A DNA stretch of 64,000 nucleotides, taken from NCBI RefSeq assembly GCF_001447785.1, contig NW_015164181.1, positions 3,792,374-3,856,373 on the forward strand. The letters are read 5' to 3'. Source of the DNA: Gekko japonicus. Taxonomy: Eukaryota. Made by a program: the position numbers and the translations under genes. How positions within the stretch are numbered: position 1 is the first letter of the stretch; each line of letters begins with the position of its first letter. The notes under the pieces are model-generated. The model made no database searches. It was given only the letters and a program-made list of their open reading frames with translations, and was not told the DNA's origin. This document shows positions 62,494 through 64,000 of the stretch, one piece after another.

Positions 62494-63648
62494 CCTAAAA
62501 ACTCTGTTTGTCACAAAGTGACAGCTTATTTGTCCTATTGGTCTGAAATCCTACGTCTGTTTCTATCTGTGCTTTAAGCAGTATAGTTTGAGTCAGGTTT
62601 CAGACATTTCAGATTTCAAACATTTGCAACTGATTTTGTGTGTGTGTGCAGCAAAAATATACTTTCCGTTAAACCAGTTTAGATTTTTGCGAAGACCCGC
62701 TTGCTACTTTTTTAATGTTTTGTCGAAGGTACAAGAAAGTCCAAGCAAGTGTTGCCTGCTTGATGGCCATTTTAACGTTCTCAGTTGGAGCCTGAACCCA
62801 AAACTTAAATGGCAACTGCAAGACAGAGCAGCTGGGGAAATGAAAGGGAGGGGGACGCCATCTGCAGGGCAGGAAGTAGCTACTCTCAGCCAGCCAGCCT
62901 GGTGTGCTTTTACTGACATCTTTGGTGCCCCATCACAGTCCTAGTGTGTGGTCATCCAGCCACACCCACCTTTTGCTTCTTATTCTGTTTACCTTGTTTG
63001 TTGTCAAAACCCAGAGCTTTTTTTGTAGCAGGAAGTTCTTTGCATGTTAGGCCACACACCCCTAATGTAGCCAATCCTAATGAGTTTCTGCTTTTGGGTG
63101 TGGCCTATTATGCTAACGAGTCCCTGCTGGGCATGGCCAACTCAGGAGCCAGCTGGAACACCGTTCCTGTGCGTTCCTGCCCAAAAATAGCTCTGAGCTA
63201 AGGTAAAATGTCAGGTGTACTGTATGGCTCACTTCTCGTGACGTGCCCCTACCACAAGGGCATTGTTTTCATTACTTGGTTGTTGTGATTTCTGCTGATG
63301 AAACCATGGGTTTTTATAACAGAAAGATAGACTATTAATCCCAGTCTTGTAGACCAACAATATTCTCCTTCTTACTTTCCAAACTTTGATTGCAGCAGAG
63401 TTTTAATGAGGGCATGGGAGCAAAGATGAGCTTGCACACAAATAACTAAAGGTCTCCAATGCACATAGTTCCTGTCCCCTCTAGCTATCCAGTCACCAGA
63501 CCCTGGGAGACATTTTCTTTTCTTTCCCTCTTTCCCCCAATCCATGATGCTAATTTCCCTTCAACAGTAACTTTTGGTGCAAATGGATTGTATTCTTTGT
63601 TTCCCAGGTTATGCATTGTTTATTGTGAGGAATTATTGCCACTATACA

Positions 63649-63984
63649 TGTTAGATCGCCGCTAACAAGGAGTCAGAGAGTGAATTCAGCAAAGTGATCA
63701 GCTTTATTGAAGTAACGAACAAGCACTTAAAAGCATTCATAACCAGAACAGATTAACATTGGGAGCTAGGCTCCTTTTAAACGTTCCCGGGCTAATATAG
63801 CCACGCCTATTTACATTTAACAACCAATGAGAGTCTTTCCCTCGCAGGGAACTGGCACAGTTCTGATTGGTCGCTGTTGCAGAGCGACCAATAGTCAGAC
63901 AGTTCTGAGGAGCCTTTGTTCAGCTCGAAGCTTAACATGGGGAGTTAATGAAGCAATTCATGTAACTGTTTGCAATACACTACA
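63649..63984 (-). mobile_element. Solo LTR
   Basis: TG...CA ends (minus TGTAGTG...CTAACA), perfect 5-bp TSD ATACA, CCAAT motifs, TTTAAAA TATA-like element, then AATAAA in minus-strand order. Confidence 0.8.
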
Positions 63985-64000
63985 ATACAGTTTAAGAGAC

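Noticed and set aside
1-64000. CRISPR arrays or prokaryotic defence systems
   Set aside because: Intron-containing vertebrate DNA; repeats are dispersed transposable elements, not regularly spaced arrays.

Overview
Vertebrate genomic DNA, very probably a squamate reptile (gecko-like, judged from Sauria/Squam SINEs), with a 946-nt N gap at 52135-53080. It matches the AP2B1-PEX12-SNORD7-Schlafen neighbourhood known from human 17q12. In order: (1) a CpG-island promoter with a minus-strand non-coding first exon, probably AP2B1 (synteny only); (2) a complete PEX12 (3 coding exons, 360 aa); (3) the box C/D snoRNA SNORD7 (U6 Am47 guide) in a minus-strand host gene with a TATA + TCT/5'TOP promoter; (4) an intact group III Schlafen (4 coding exons, 979 aa) with an ISRE-bearing promoter; (5) an intact BTB-BACK-Kelch gene of unassigned orthology (4 coding exons, 614 aa) lying antisense between the two Schlafens; (6) a second Schlafen with two frameshifts and a lost splice donor. 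The most notable observations are the Kelch gene inside the Schlafen cluster, a ~36-aa K/E-rich insertion shared by both Schlafens, a 42-bp duplication of the nuclease motif in the intact copy, and a weak GTCCT donor with open read-through in both copies. The rest is dense SINE, hAT and Harbinger MITE, LINE, Penelope and LTR sequence. Comparisons with human sequences and repeat families are from recall; no database search was run.
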